Of a stretch of 64,000 bases of DNA, positions 1 to 10,767 are shown piece after piece. Below the pieces are notes generated by a model, which did not search any database, was not told the origin of the DNA, and worked only from the letters and a program-made list of their open reading frames with translations. Within the stretch, counting starts at the first letter, position 1, and each line of letters begins with the position of its first letter. Source of the stretch: Heteronotia binoei (lineage: Eukaryota); the NCBI RefSeq assembly GCF_032191835.1, contig NC_083225.1:182218001-182282000 (forward strand), given 5' to 3'. Both the position numbers and the translations under genes were made by a program.

Positions 1-290
1 GCTAGGTTCTCCTCCCAGGTTTATAAAGAATGCAAAAAGCGAGACAAATAGGCCAAACTGTAAATCTTTTACCAAATTTTAAAGTGACTTTTTAAAAGGT
101 TTAAAGGGTTAAATAATAATCTTTTTTATTCTTTGTTACTGTTATAACCCTCAAGTCATCAAATCTTAAATATGTAGACTCTTTGTGGGACTTCTTATAA
201 GGTACTTTTAAGGTTGTTCTAAATGACTTACATGTTCTGGTCAATGACTGAAATAATAAACTGACTGACTGACTCTCTTTTTGTCTGAAG

Positions 291-496
291 TACCATCCTC
301 CCGGACACGAGTAGGAAAAGCCGCCAGAAAACGAGAGCTATGGCCAAGACAACCAATCCGGTGTTCAACCACACAATGGTCTACGACGGCTTTAAGCCCG
401 AAGACTTGAAAGAAGCTTGTGCAGAACTTACAGTCTGGGACCACAACAAGCTAGTGAATCACTTTGTGGGAGGCCTTCGGATAGGACTCGGAACAG
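291..496 (+). CDS. SYTL2: Synaptotagmin-like protein 2, penultimate coding exon (C2B domain)
   Basis: AG at 289-290 and GT at 497-498. Translates (C)[68 protein letters not shown](G), matching the SYTL2 C2B domain as I recall it. Phase is compatible with the next exon. Confidence 0.93.
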
Positions 497-574
497 GTAC
501 TCTCAGCTAAGTGGAAGTCCCCCAGGCCTATGGGTATCTTCTTCAAGAATAACAGGAAGGCATGATGGGTTTCA

Positions 575-870
575 GGAGCCCCATGGCACAGAGTGATAAA
601 GCTGCAGTACTGCAGTCCAAGCTCTCTCCTCATGACCTGAGTTTGATCCTGGCAGAAGTTGGGTTTAGGTAGCCGGCTCCAGGTTGACTCATCCTTCCAT
701 CCTTCCGAGGTCGGTAAAATGAGCACCCAGCTTGCTGGGGGGAAAGTGTAGATGACTGGGGAAGGCAATGGCAAACCACCCCGTAGAAAGTCTGCTGTGA
801 AAATCTCATGCTGCGATGTCACTCCAGAGTCGGAAACGACTGGTGCTTGCACAGGGGGCTACCTTTACCT
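575..870 (+). mobile_element. Sauria SINE (Squam1-type), full length
   Basis: tRNA-like head, GTCGGTAAAATGAG core, ACCTTT tail. 13-bp TSD atgatgg(g/t)tttca at 562-574 and 871-883. Confidence 0.85.
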
Positions 871-1243
871 ATGATGGTTTTCAAACAAGTGCTTTGATTC
901 AGGCTGGGGGTGGGGTGGGGATGAAAATACCACTGTGTGCTAAGGAACAAGATGGGAGTGATAAAGGGAGACCGAATGCATTCTGCATTTTTCTACAAGC
1001 AAATATCTACAGCCAGCTTAATGACTCATGGTATAGAGGAACAATTTGGAAGCTCCCTTGCCCCAACATCTTCCCATGCAGGAATTTTCATACACTGCTG
1101 GAGATCAGGACTACCTCCCTCTGAAACCACCAGCTGAAGAGGACATCCTTTTGTACTCAGGTTTCAGGCTTGAACCCAGAAGTCACTGGGGTTTAATACA
1201 GTACCTGTGAGGCCAAGCACCCTATTCTCCCTTCATGGGTTAA

Positions 1244-1539
1244 AGAAGGTAAAGGTAGTCCCCTGTGCAAGCACCAGTCATTTCCAACTCTGGGGTGACA
1301 TTGCATCACAACGTTTTCACAGCAGACTTTAAGGGTTGGTTTGCCATTGCCTTCGCCAGCCATCTACACTTTCCCTGCAGCGAGCTGGGGACTCATTTGA
1401 TCAACCTTGGAAGGATGGAAGGCTGAGTCAACGTTGAGCCAGCTACCTGAACCCAGCTTCTGCCGAGATCGAACTCAGGTCATGAGCAGAGCTTGGACTG
1501 CAGTACTGCAGATTTACCACTCTGCGCCGTGGGGCTCTT
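1244..1539 (-). mobile_element. Sauria SINE, full length
   Basis: Reverse complement of the 575-870 family. 13-bp TSD cttcatgggttaa at 1231-1243 and 1540-1552. Confidence 0.85.
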
Positions 1540-2143
1540 CTTCATGGGTTAACATGAATATTAGAGGGCATAGTCCGGCTTGCAAAAATGTTCATGATCT
1601 CAGTGTTCCTGCAGCTACCATTCTTATCTCTTTCAAAGCCAAACTCAAAAATGTGGTAGTTAGTTAATCATGGGAACCTGCGCTCAGTTGTATAACCAGT
1701 TGAGAGGGGAGGATTAGGAGCAGTTGCCAGCATCCTCTGGAAAGTTCCACCAAAGAATACTGATAGGATCCAAGAGATCACCTGATGCCAGAGGTATAAA
1801 AAAGCTATAATAAGGGTATAGGCTGGAGGAAGCTATGCTAACACTATGCTAACACCATGTTAGTTTGCCTAAATATGCAATGCACATTTATGCTACTGTA
1901 TAGATTTCATACTGCAAGAATATTTGCCATCTAATATCAAGGCATTCAGTGTATTAGGCAGAAAAGTTAGCTTGTTTTCTGGCTATTAAGCTGTAGAAAT
2001 GGTTTAAAAAATATAATGAACCTTTTTATATTTTTACAAGGTTTGGGTTTCTTGTGTGCATCCCACCTCGAGTATCCACAGGTCTGGGAATTATTCAAGG
2101 GTTCCAAGCCAGGGACCAAAGAGCAATAACCCAAGGAGACCTG

Positions 2144-3172
2144 AACATAAGAGAAGCCATGCTGGATCAGACCAGTGGCCCATCCAGTCCAACACTCTGT
2201 GTCACATAAGAGAAGCCATGTTGGATCAGGCCATTGGCCCATCCAGTCCAACACTCTGTGTCACATAAGAACGTAAGAGAAGCCATGTTGGATCAGGCCA
2301 GTGGCCCATCCAGTCCAACACTCTGTGTCACATAAGAACATAAGAGAAGCCATGTTGGATCAGGCCAATGACCCATCCAGTCCAACACTCTGTGTCACAT
2401 AAGAACGTAAGAGAAGCCATGTTGGATCAGGCCAGTGGCCCATCCAGTCCAACACTCTGTGTCACATAAGAACATAAGAGAAGCCATGTTGGATCAGGTC
2501 AATGGCCCATCCAGTCCAACACTCTGTGTCACATAAGAACGTAAGAGAAGCCATGTTGGATCAGGCCAGTGGCCCATCCAGTCCAACACTCTGTGTCACA
2601 TAAGAACATAAGAGAAGCCATGTTGGATCAGGCCAATGGCCCATCCAGTCCAACACTCTGTGTCACATAAGAACAAACGAGAAGCCATGTTGGATCAGGT
2701 CAATGGCCCATCCAGTCCAACACTCTGTGTCACATAAGAACATAAGAGAAGCCATGTTGGATCAGGCCAATGACCCATCCAGTCCAACACTCTGTGTCAC
2801 ATAAGAACATAAGAGAAGCCATGTTGGATCAGGCCATTGGCCCATCCAGTCCAACACTCTATCTCACATAAGAACATAAAAGAAGCCATGTTGGATCAGG
2901 CCAGTGGCCCATCCAGTCCAACACTCTGTGTCACATAAGAACATAAAAGAAGCCATGTTGGATCAGGCCAATGGCCCATCCAGTCCAACACTCTGTGTCA
3001 CATTAGAGCATAAGAGAAGCCCTGTTGGATCAGGCCAGTGGCCCATCCAGTCCAACACTCTGTGTCATAGATTAAAACATAAGAGAAGCCATGCTGGATC
3101 AGACCAGTGGAACATCCAGTCAAGCATTCTGTGTCACACAGCAGCCAAAACCCAGGGGCCATCAGGAGGTTC
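2144..3172 (-). repeat. Tandem array (15 copies, mostly 67-bp period) of the CR1 LINE 3' terminus
   Basis: Unit cataagaacataagagaagccatgttggatcaggccaatggcccatccagtccaacactctgtgtca is the reverse complement of the CR1 tail ending TTCTTATG. The last copy continues into an older CR1 3' UTR. Confidence 0.92.
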
Positions 3173-3271
3173 CACCCGGCAAGGATCTGTGAGAGCGTAC
3201 TACAAAGTAGTCTGCCATTTATAGCTGCTAATTTCATCTCTCTGCCTCTCTTTTAAAATACACTTCCTTAG

Positions 3272-3417
3272 GTAAAAGCTATGGCACTACCGTAGACTGG
3301 ATGGACTCTACATTAGATGAAACCAGCTTGTGGGAGAGGATGATCAGTTCCCCGGATCAGTGGATCGAAGACACTCTGCCGCTCAGGATGCTAACGATAG
3401 CAAAAATTGCAAAATAG
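3272..3417 (+). CDS. SYTL2: Synaptotagmin-like protein 2, last coding exon
   Basis: Acceptor cacttccttAG (3270-3271). Translates (G)[47 protein letters not shown], the SYTL2 C-terminus. TAG at 3415-3417. Confidence 0.93.
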
Positions 3418-3661
3418 TGCCACGCTCTGATTATTCGCATCCAGTTTGCGTGGCTTGCTGGGGCTGAAGTGGACAGAAGAGCCAGGCCAAGATATAGGCG
3501 TGAACTTTGGAGCAAATTTCTTCCTGCCCTATATCGAATAGAGGGCATCTGCGTTTGCAGTCTTTTTTTTTTTTTTTTAAACTGCTGTAGGCTTTCAAAA
3601 ACGCATGTTAACCTCCGCCTACTTGCAGGTCCTTTTTAAAATGGCAAACTCCTTAATCTTT

Positions 3662-3685
3662 AATAAAGATTAATTAAAGAATAAA
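3662..3685 (+). terminator. Candidate SYTL2 poly(A) signals
   Basis: AATAAA at 3662-3667 and 3680-3685 in AT-rich sequence about 250 nt after the stop. Usage unverified. Confidence 0.45.
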
Positions 3686-3874
3686 ATATAAAATGTATTT
3701 AAAATATTATGTACAGTTTTCTTGTGTGGCCAGATTGGGTAAGGAGAGGGGGAAAAAAGAATGATGATTTTGTTAAATAAACCACACTCTCCCCCCCCCC
3801 CCCCCCGTTTTGCTGCTCTTTTGCTCCTGACATCAACATGTAGATAGACCCAGCAGTGTGGTAGTCTTCTAGAT

Positions 3875-4337
3875 CAGGGGTGTCAAGCATGCAGCCCAGG
3901 GGCCGTTAGGCCCTGGAGGACTCCGGTCAGACCTGCAAGCAACTCACCGTCATCTGCTCTCTGTTGCTTCCTTCTGCATCGCAGCTTGCTTTGCCAGGAT
4001 TGCTCAATCGAACAGGAGCTACACAGCAAAGCTCCCTTGGGGAGGAAGTGGGGGAAGGAGAGCTAGCTTTGCCAGGCGCTCTCAATTGCACAGCAGAGCT
4101 ACTGAGCCAAGCCTCTCTTCCTTCTGTTGGCTGAGGCTCAACAAGCCAGTGAGGTGGATTAGGCTGAGTGTGTGTGTGTTTGTCTGTGTACTTTATAAAG
4201 TTTATATCTTCCTGTCTGGCGTTACGTTTTATGACACACATGGCCCGGCCCAACAAGATCAAGATCTGGCCCAACAAGATCAAGATCTGGCCCAACAAGA
4301 TCAAGATCTGGCCCTCTGTTCCCACTATCTACCCCTG
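3875..4337. mobile_element. hAT-type MITE (CAGGGGTGTCAA family) with an internal 21-bp x3 repeat
   Basis: Ends CAGGGG...CCCCTG. Perfect 8-bp TSD ttctagat (3867-3874, 4338-4345). ggcccaacaagatcaagatct x3 near 4246-4312. Confidence 0.85.
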
Positions 4338-4445
4338 TTCTAGATAGTGGGAACAAAGGCAAGTGGTGATGCTAGATTAAAGGGTTTTATTTTGTGGGGG
4401 GGAGGGGTGTCAGGCTAGGACTGGATGTTACAGTAGAACAGTTAC

Positions 4446-4686
4446 GAACATAAGAGAAGCCATGTTGGATCAGGCCAATGGCCCATTTAGTCCAACACTG
4501 TCACACAGTGGCCAAGAATTCCAAGTGCCATCAGGAGGTCCACCAGTGGGGCCAGGACACTAGAAGCCCTCCCACTGTTGACCCCCCCCCCCCAAGCACC
4601 AAGAATACAGAGCATCACTGCCCCAGACAGAGAGTTCCAACAATACGCTGTGGCTAATAGCCGCTGATGGACCTCTGCTGCATATG
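4446..4686 (-). mobile_element. CR1 LINE 3' UTR fragment
   Basis: Same tail as the array unit, continuing into the GC-rich 3' UTR shared with the other copies in the window. Confidence 0.85.
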
Positions 4687-5087
4687 CTTTGATAGAAAAG
4701 TACGAAGCAACTAGCCCTGTGTCTCATTCTCTTCATCCAAATCGTCTTGGGATGTTCAGCATTTGATGTGTACCACCATTACCCTGTGAATTTCCCTTCC
4801 ACTGCTCTAGTTTAAGTTGCTGCTTCCGGAGATACAGACACTAGTCAACAGACACCAAGTCATCCATTGAGCATCCCTAGAGAAGGGACAGAGATGCAGA
4901 GCTCCTGTTTTTAGTGGCAATCTTACCTCTGCTGTTACCATAGAGTTTCTGCCTCGGGTACTTTCACCTTGGATAATTCATGCAGAATAGCAAACTTTTT
5001 TTTTTTATACTATCTTAGCAGAGAGTTAAAAGATTGGTGACGCTTTGTATTGTACATGTTGTATATAGTATTGATCTTTCACCACTT

Positions 5088-5345
5088 AGCCAGTTTGGTG
5101 TAGTGGTTGAATGCACGGACTCCATTCCCCACTCCCTCCACGTGCACCTGCTGATGTGACCTTGAGGCAGTCACAGGTTCTCTCAGAGCTGTTGCTCTCA
5201 AGAGCAGTTTCTATCAGAGCTCTCTCAGCTCCGCCTACCTCCAGGATGTCTGTTGTGGGGAGGGGGAGGGGAAGGAGATTGTAAGACTCTCTTGAGACTC
5301 CTTCAGGTAGTGAAGGGTGGGGTATAAATCCAATCTCCTCCTCCA
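5088..5345 (+). mobile_element. tRNA-derived SINE, Squam3-like (Ther1/MIR-related)
   Basis: Head gccagtttggtgtagtggtt, ctcacagggtgtctgttgtgggg core, tataaatccaat end. At least 6 further copies in the window. Confidence 0.75.
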
Positions 5346-5843
5346 ACAAAAACAACTTCAACATCAGATTCCCCCCCCCCCCCAATATACACATCACATA
5401 AGCTTCGCTCACTTGGTTCAGCCATAATTCTCTTAATTTTTCCATTAGCTGCATTTCTGGTTTAAATTATTGGTGATTTTTTAAAGGTTAAAAAATCAGA
5501 TTTCTTAAACAAAAAAAGGCTCGTACATTATTTGCCAATTGTACTTCTGCTTGGGTATGTCAGATTTGTTCTTCGTGCTCTGGTGCCCCCAACTGAACAA
5601 TGAGGGAATTGTCTAGAAAAGGAGTGAAAATGTATTATACTAAGCTGTGCGTAGCTGGAGGTGCAGAACTTATTTGTATACTGTTTTTAAACTCAGATGC
5701 TTATTAAAACTACACATGAGCTCAAACAACTACATGATGAAATTCTGAAAACCATATTTTTTCTGTTAAATTTTTGGAGACTTATTTTGCTTCATAACGT
5801 ACACTATTAAACTTCCTGCCAACCACCTGAAGAGGTTATGTCC

Positions 5844-5990
5844 AAGTGCCTGCCTGCACTCCTGTGTTTCATATGGCAGTCTCTTTAAAGGTAGAAGCTT
5901 TGGAATATTAAAGTGCCTGTGTGCACTCTGGTGTTTCATACTGCAGTCTGTTTAAAGGTAGAAGCTTTGAAATATTAAAGTGCCAGTGTG
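5844..5990. repeat. 67-bp tandem duplication (about 2.2 copies), not CR1-derived
   Basis: aagtgcc recurs at 5844, 5911 and 5978. tttaaaggtagaagctttg is present twice. Confidence 0.85.
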
Positions 5991-6161
5991 CACATTTATA
6001 TTGTCCAGCTTAGATTATTTAGAAGTAGAGTCTACTCAGAAGTAGAGGCCAAAAGGTTTTCCCTATTACATATAAATGTTTTGATAGAATAGTTTCACCC
6101 TGACATTTCTTCTATTATAGTTTTGCTTAAACTCAGGGAGCCCCCCTTTTTTTCTATAGGC

Positions 6162-6296
6162 CAGGGGTAGCCAACGGTAGCTCTCCAGATGTTTTTTGCC
6201 TACAACTCCCATCAGTTCAGCCATTGGACATGCTGGCTGGGGCTGATGGGAGTTGTAGGCAAAAAACATCTGGAGAGCTACCGTTGGCCACCCCTG
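6162..6296. mobile_element. Palindromic hAT MITE (135 bp)
   Basis: TIR caggggtagccaacggtagctctccagatg with its complement. Perfect TSD ctataggc (6154-6161, 6297-6304). A related copy is nested in a CR1 at 44396-44531. Confidence 0.88.
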
Positions 6297-6329
6297 CTAT
6301 AGGCCAATTTGTAGCTGACATACAGGGAT

Positions 6330-6876
6330 GGGATCAGTTGGTCTGGCCCTCGGGGATTGCTGGGCCAAGCCGAGTCATGAGGCAGCCTCCCTGGGGCCTG
6401 GCTGGCCGGCAAGGATTGTGGGGCCCATTTGCGCTGTGCAGTGGCCTCCTCGAGTTCCTGCTTGGCTTTTTCTACAAAAAAAAGCCCTGGACCTAGACAT
6501 TTGCCTAGGGCAGCAGGCCGTGTGTGTGCGCGCACCAAATTAGGCTATCCCCACATGACTTCAAATAGAAAAACAATTATTTGCATTAATTTTGCCAACC
6601 TGAATCGTTCTCCCTCGGTGGAGCACTGTTTTTTAAGTTGATAATTTTGTATGGCCCGCGAATTATGTTATAAATATCCAAATGGCCCTTGGCAGAAAAA
6701 AGGTTAAGAACATGAGAAGCCATGTTGGATTAGGCCAATGTCCCATCCAGTCCAACACTCTGTGTCACACAGTGGCCAAAAAAAACCCCAAGTGCCATCA
6801 GGAGGTTCACAAGTGGGGCTAGAAGCCCTTCCACTTTGCAACCCCCCCCCCCAAGCACCAAGGTTCCCCACTCCTG
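6330..6876 (+). mobile_element. hAT non-autonomous element (same family as 15810-17147) with a CR1 tail inserted in its right TIR
   Basis: Colinear with 15864-17147. The CR1 3' fragment (6706-6859, minus) is flanked by the duplication aaggtt (6700-6705, 6860-6865), and the TIR resumes as ccccactcctg. Confidence 0.78.
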
Positions 6877-7965
6877 CCATAGGGTTTCCAAGGTGAGAGA
6901 CTTCAGAGGTGGTTTGCTGTTGCCTTACTCTGTGTGGGGGGGGAGGGATGGGCTCCCTCTTGGGTATCCTGCCCCCCCCCCCGGGAAAGTGTATGCGCAA
7001 TACATAGCCTCTCCTTCCCGGTGTAGTGAACGCCGCGTGGTCACTGTCCGGCTATGCCTGGCAGATGGTCACTACAATGGCCTCTCCTGCATTACTGCAT
7101 TCGTGGCAACACCTTCCCGCTGGTCCCCCCCCCCCTTTCTCACAGAGTTTGCCACGTCATGGTGTGACAGAATGTCCGGCGGTATAACCGGATGGGCAGG
7201 CTGGGCTCACCAACCTTGCCAGCCAAGAGAAGGAAAACTCTAACATCAAACCCGGGCAGATAGAGCTCGTTAATGTAACACCTACCACCTGGAGGACTCG
7301 CTGCCGGCGTCCCGGCTTACTGGGCCATGGCAGATGACCCCAAGGTGAAAGGGTGGAGCCAGTACCGCGCACACTGTGCTTCACCTAAAAATTCCTCTGC
7401 GCAGGCCTGAAGGGCATATCCACATCCACAACACACCAAGTCCTGCAGCGATGGGCAAGGGGCGAAACGGCAGGTGGAAGATGCCACTGGAAGCTGCAGT
7501 CCCGATCCTGCATGTAGGCGGTTCAGGGTATTGGTCGCCTGATGCTGACCCGGAGACGAAAACATCTTTCGGCAGCACCCTGAACGACCAAGCAGCCTTA
7601 TCTAGGGACAGCACTGCTTGCTCCACACGGAGAGGGGCCTAGAAAAGGTGGCCTAAACAAAGCTCGTCTCCCCCACCCCAGTTGGCTACCAACCCCAAAT
7701 CAGACTTTTCCCTGCAGCCACTGTGGCCGGATCTGCCTGTCCCGCATTGGTCTTGTCAGCCACCAGCGAGCCTGCAGCAGACGTGGACTACTGCACCCTT
7801 CTTAAATCTTCGTTCGCGAAGTCAAGCCGAGAGAGAGAGAGAGACTCTGTGTGGTGACCCTAGACTTACTTGGTGGTCTCCCATCCAAGTACTTAACCAG
7901 AGTTGACCCTGCTTAACTTCCGAAACCTCACAAGTTCTGGCTAGCCTGGGCCATCCAGGTTAGGC
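6877..7965 (-). mobile_element. 5S rRNA-derived SINE (SINE3) split by an RTE-derived insertion
   Basis: 7855-7965 reverse-complements to a degenerate 5S (ggaagttaagcagggtc...gtacttggatgggagacc). The 3' part lies at 6877-6937. Confidence 0.7.
6938..7843 (+). mobile_element. Internally deleted RTE-clade LINE derivative (5' UTR joined to 3' end)
   Basis: 11-bp TSD actctgtgtgg (6927-6937, 7844-7854). RTE-like 5' UTR motif ggaaaactctaacatcaaacc. 7683-7805 encodes the RTE ORF C-terminus FPCSHCGRICLSRIGLVSHQRACS...*, followed by a (GA)n tail. Confidence 0.75.
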
Positions 7966-9554
7966 CAAGCTTTCTTTCAAACCAGATATTTTTTTTTTTT
8001 AGTGGGTGGGTGTGTTTAGGTACTTATCTTTCTCACTTTACTTAATCCCCTCTGGATAGTTGCCAGGCAGACGCTATAGACCCAGCAACCAGTAGTTTTC
8101 AGGCTTGGTGACAGGAGGTGGGTGCGGGGGAGGGAATTCCAGTGCAAGTTTGAACAGTAAAGGAACACCTCTTGAGACCCAGCGCTCTTTACTCTTATCT
8201 AGCCACTCCCAGAGTTTTCACGCTCCCTGAATGATCTCCCGCTGGGCTCCCCTCCATTTGGGAGCCTTTCCAAATAGATCGCTTGAGCCCTGGAACGAAT
8301 GGCTGGAGTGTGTTTAGATCCCCATTGCCATGGAGATAGCAAACGCTGCGGGAGTCTCAGACCAAGACGGTCAAAGCGTAAGGCTGGTAAGGAAAGATTT
8401 TGAGGCTCTCTTGGCATTATTTTATCTCACTCTGGTTCAGTTCTTACCTCCCCCTCCTCCTCCCCCCCCACTCCTCCAACACAACCCCACCTTCCTATTC
8501 AGTTGAGAACCGTAGAGGTGGGATCTGGTACCTCTTTGGTGGCAAGAAATGTCAAATCTCCCTTGCCAGTTTTGGAGGACCGTTATTCGCCAGGCTTCGA
8601 CCCGTAGCCATGGCATTGTTTGGCTTTGTACTATTAATCAGGCCTTGAATTCAGCAGGAGTGCAGCTCCTGTACCTTTCTGAGGGTTCCCTTCCTCCTCC
8701 CCACTTACCTTGTCCATTGAATAGTAGGTGCAGCTGCATAACAATCCCTGGATTAGGAGAGCGGGCAGCCAGCCAGCCACCAGGAGCTTTGCCACACCCC
8801 CTGCAGCCCTCATTAACCCCTGCATAAGCCCACACCACCCTTTCTCCACTTCTTATGTGATTTTGGGTGGTGGGTGGCTTGCTGGCCTTTTGACTGTGGG
8901 GGAGGGGTGGTGGCCAAGGAGAGCCCCAGGTGAGCAAGACTTGCTTGGGCTGGCTGGATCTCTAGCCAGCCCAAGCAGGTCTCATTCGCCTGGGGCTCTC
9001 CTTTCTTGTGTCAGGTTGCTTTTGGCATATGCTAATGAGCTCCACCACCTATTTTTCTACAAAACGATCCCTGCTATTAATCATTATGCGGAAATAAAAA
9101 GGTGATGCTTTAAAGACCAACCCAGTTATTATGGCATAAGTTTTCATGGACTTAGATCCCATTTTGACAGATGATCAGTGTATCCTAGATCTTCTGGCTA
9201 TGGGTGGGGCATAAACAGTGGATCCCTGAGGATCCTGAAATGCAAAAGGCACAGTCCTTGCTCTTGATCTTGTATACCTTTTGACTGACAACAGGTATTG
9301 CAAATAGTCTGTTGGCATAACTTCCTTCCTTGCTATGAACTGTGCTAAAGAATTGGCATGTCTACTCCCAGAATGAAGATTCTGAACAATTTCAGAATTT
9401 TATCAAGTATTACAGAGGAATAAATGCAATCAGATTATTGTCATGAAGAAAGAGAAAAAAATCTCTTCATTCTGCTCCTATCAGCGTCTGTCTATTTCCC
9501 CATCTTCTTTCCAAGCCCAGTTCAGATCCTCATGGAATCCTTTCCTTATCCTAA

Positions 9555-9950
9555 ATGGAATGAAGCTGAAACTGCATGAGCAGTAGGGTTATAGAATACA
9601 TATAAAAGGAAGTACTTCTTCATCCAAAGGGTGATTAATACATGGAATTCACTGCCACAGGAAGTGGTGGCAGCTACAAGCATAGTCAGCTTCAAGAGGG
9701 GATTGGATAAACATATGGAGCAGAGGCCCATCAGTGGCTCTTAGCCAAAAGGTATGGATAGTACACTCTGTCTGGGGCAGTGATGCTCTGTATTCTTGGT
9801 GCTGGGGGGGGGGGCAATAGTGGGAGGGCGTCTGGAGTTCTGGTCCCACTGGTGGACCTCCTGATGGCAGCTGGGTTTTGGCCACTGTGTGACAGGGAGT
9901 GTTGGCCTGGATGAGTCATTGGCCTGACCCAATATGGCTTCTCTTACGTT
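9555..9950 (+). mobile_element. CR1 LINE 3' fragment
   Basis: End of the RT-coding region (tggaattcactgccacaggaagtggtgg) plus the 3' UTR ending ggcttctcttacgtt. Confidence 0.85.
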
Positions 9951-10767
9951 TAGAGAAAGAGAGTGAATTTATAAAAACAACACCCAGTATTAAAACATGC
10001 AATGAGAACAAGCCAAAGGCCCACCCAGGGGTACAAAAACAGCACTGTAGATTGGAATGTCCTTGGGTCATTTCTCCTTATGTTACTCTGCAAAATTCTC
10101 AGGATCCTACTAATCTTCATTGTGGGAAGTTGTTACATCTTTGATTTCTCTGCAGAATTCTCCAATTGTAATAGAAGGCAGAAAATCTAGTGAAGAAGAA
10201 AATAGTGGGAAGAGCTCTACAAGGAACCATCACATTTTTATTCCATGGAAACACATACATGTGAAGCTGAATCATACCCTTGATCTATCAAGATCTGTAC
10301 TGGCTACTCTTACCTGATCCTTTTAACTACAGATGCTAAGGACCGAGTCTGGGACCTTCTGTATGTAAAGCCAATGCTCTACCATTGAGCTCAACAACAC
10401 AGCAACATTTTTTTAAAAAAAATTCAAGGTGCTCACAGTGGCATCTTCTCTTGCCCTTTTTAAATCTTCACAACAGGCCTCTGAGGTAGGTTAGGTCTGT
10501 AAGAGAGTGATTGGCCCAAGATCATGCAATAAGCTTCGTGGATCTGTGGGAATTTGAATCCAGATATCCCCATTCTGACACTAATAATTACATCACACTG
10601 ACGTTCAGACTGCTAGTGATTTAAGCTGTGTCATGCTAGTGACCTAAATTGTGTGTTTTTTCTCTTGCACACCAGCAGAGGAGTTTATTGTGCCCAAAAT
10701 GTTAGTGTTAGAGGAAAAATTCAGAAAGATCCAGTCAATTATTTATAATTATTAATATTGTTCTATT

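Noticed and set aside
2144-3172. CRISPR-like appearance of the 67-bp arrays (also 16281-16957)
   Set aside because: Units are contiguous near-identical copies with no unique spacers, they match the CR1 3' end, and there are no cas genes; the DNA is vertebrate.
3927-4343. ORFs with QQDQDLA / GQILILL repeats
   Set aside because: Translation of a 21-bp x3 repeat inside a TSD-bounded MITE.
7538-7570. CTGATGCTGACCCGGAGACGAAA as a hammerhead
   Set aside because: The core reads CUGAUGC rather than CUGANGA, and no stem II can form.
7855-7965. 5S rRNA gene (similar traces near 53390-53450 and 61320-61400)
   Set aside because: Degenerate, partial and fused to a SINE body: a SINE3 head, not a functional 5S gene.
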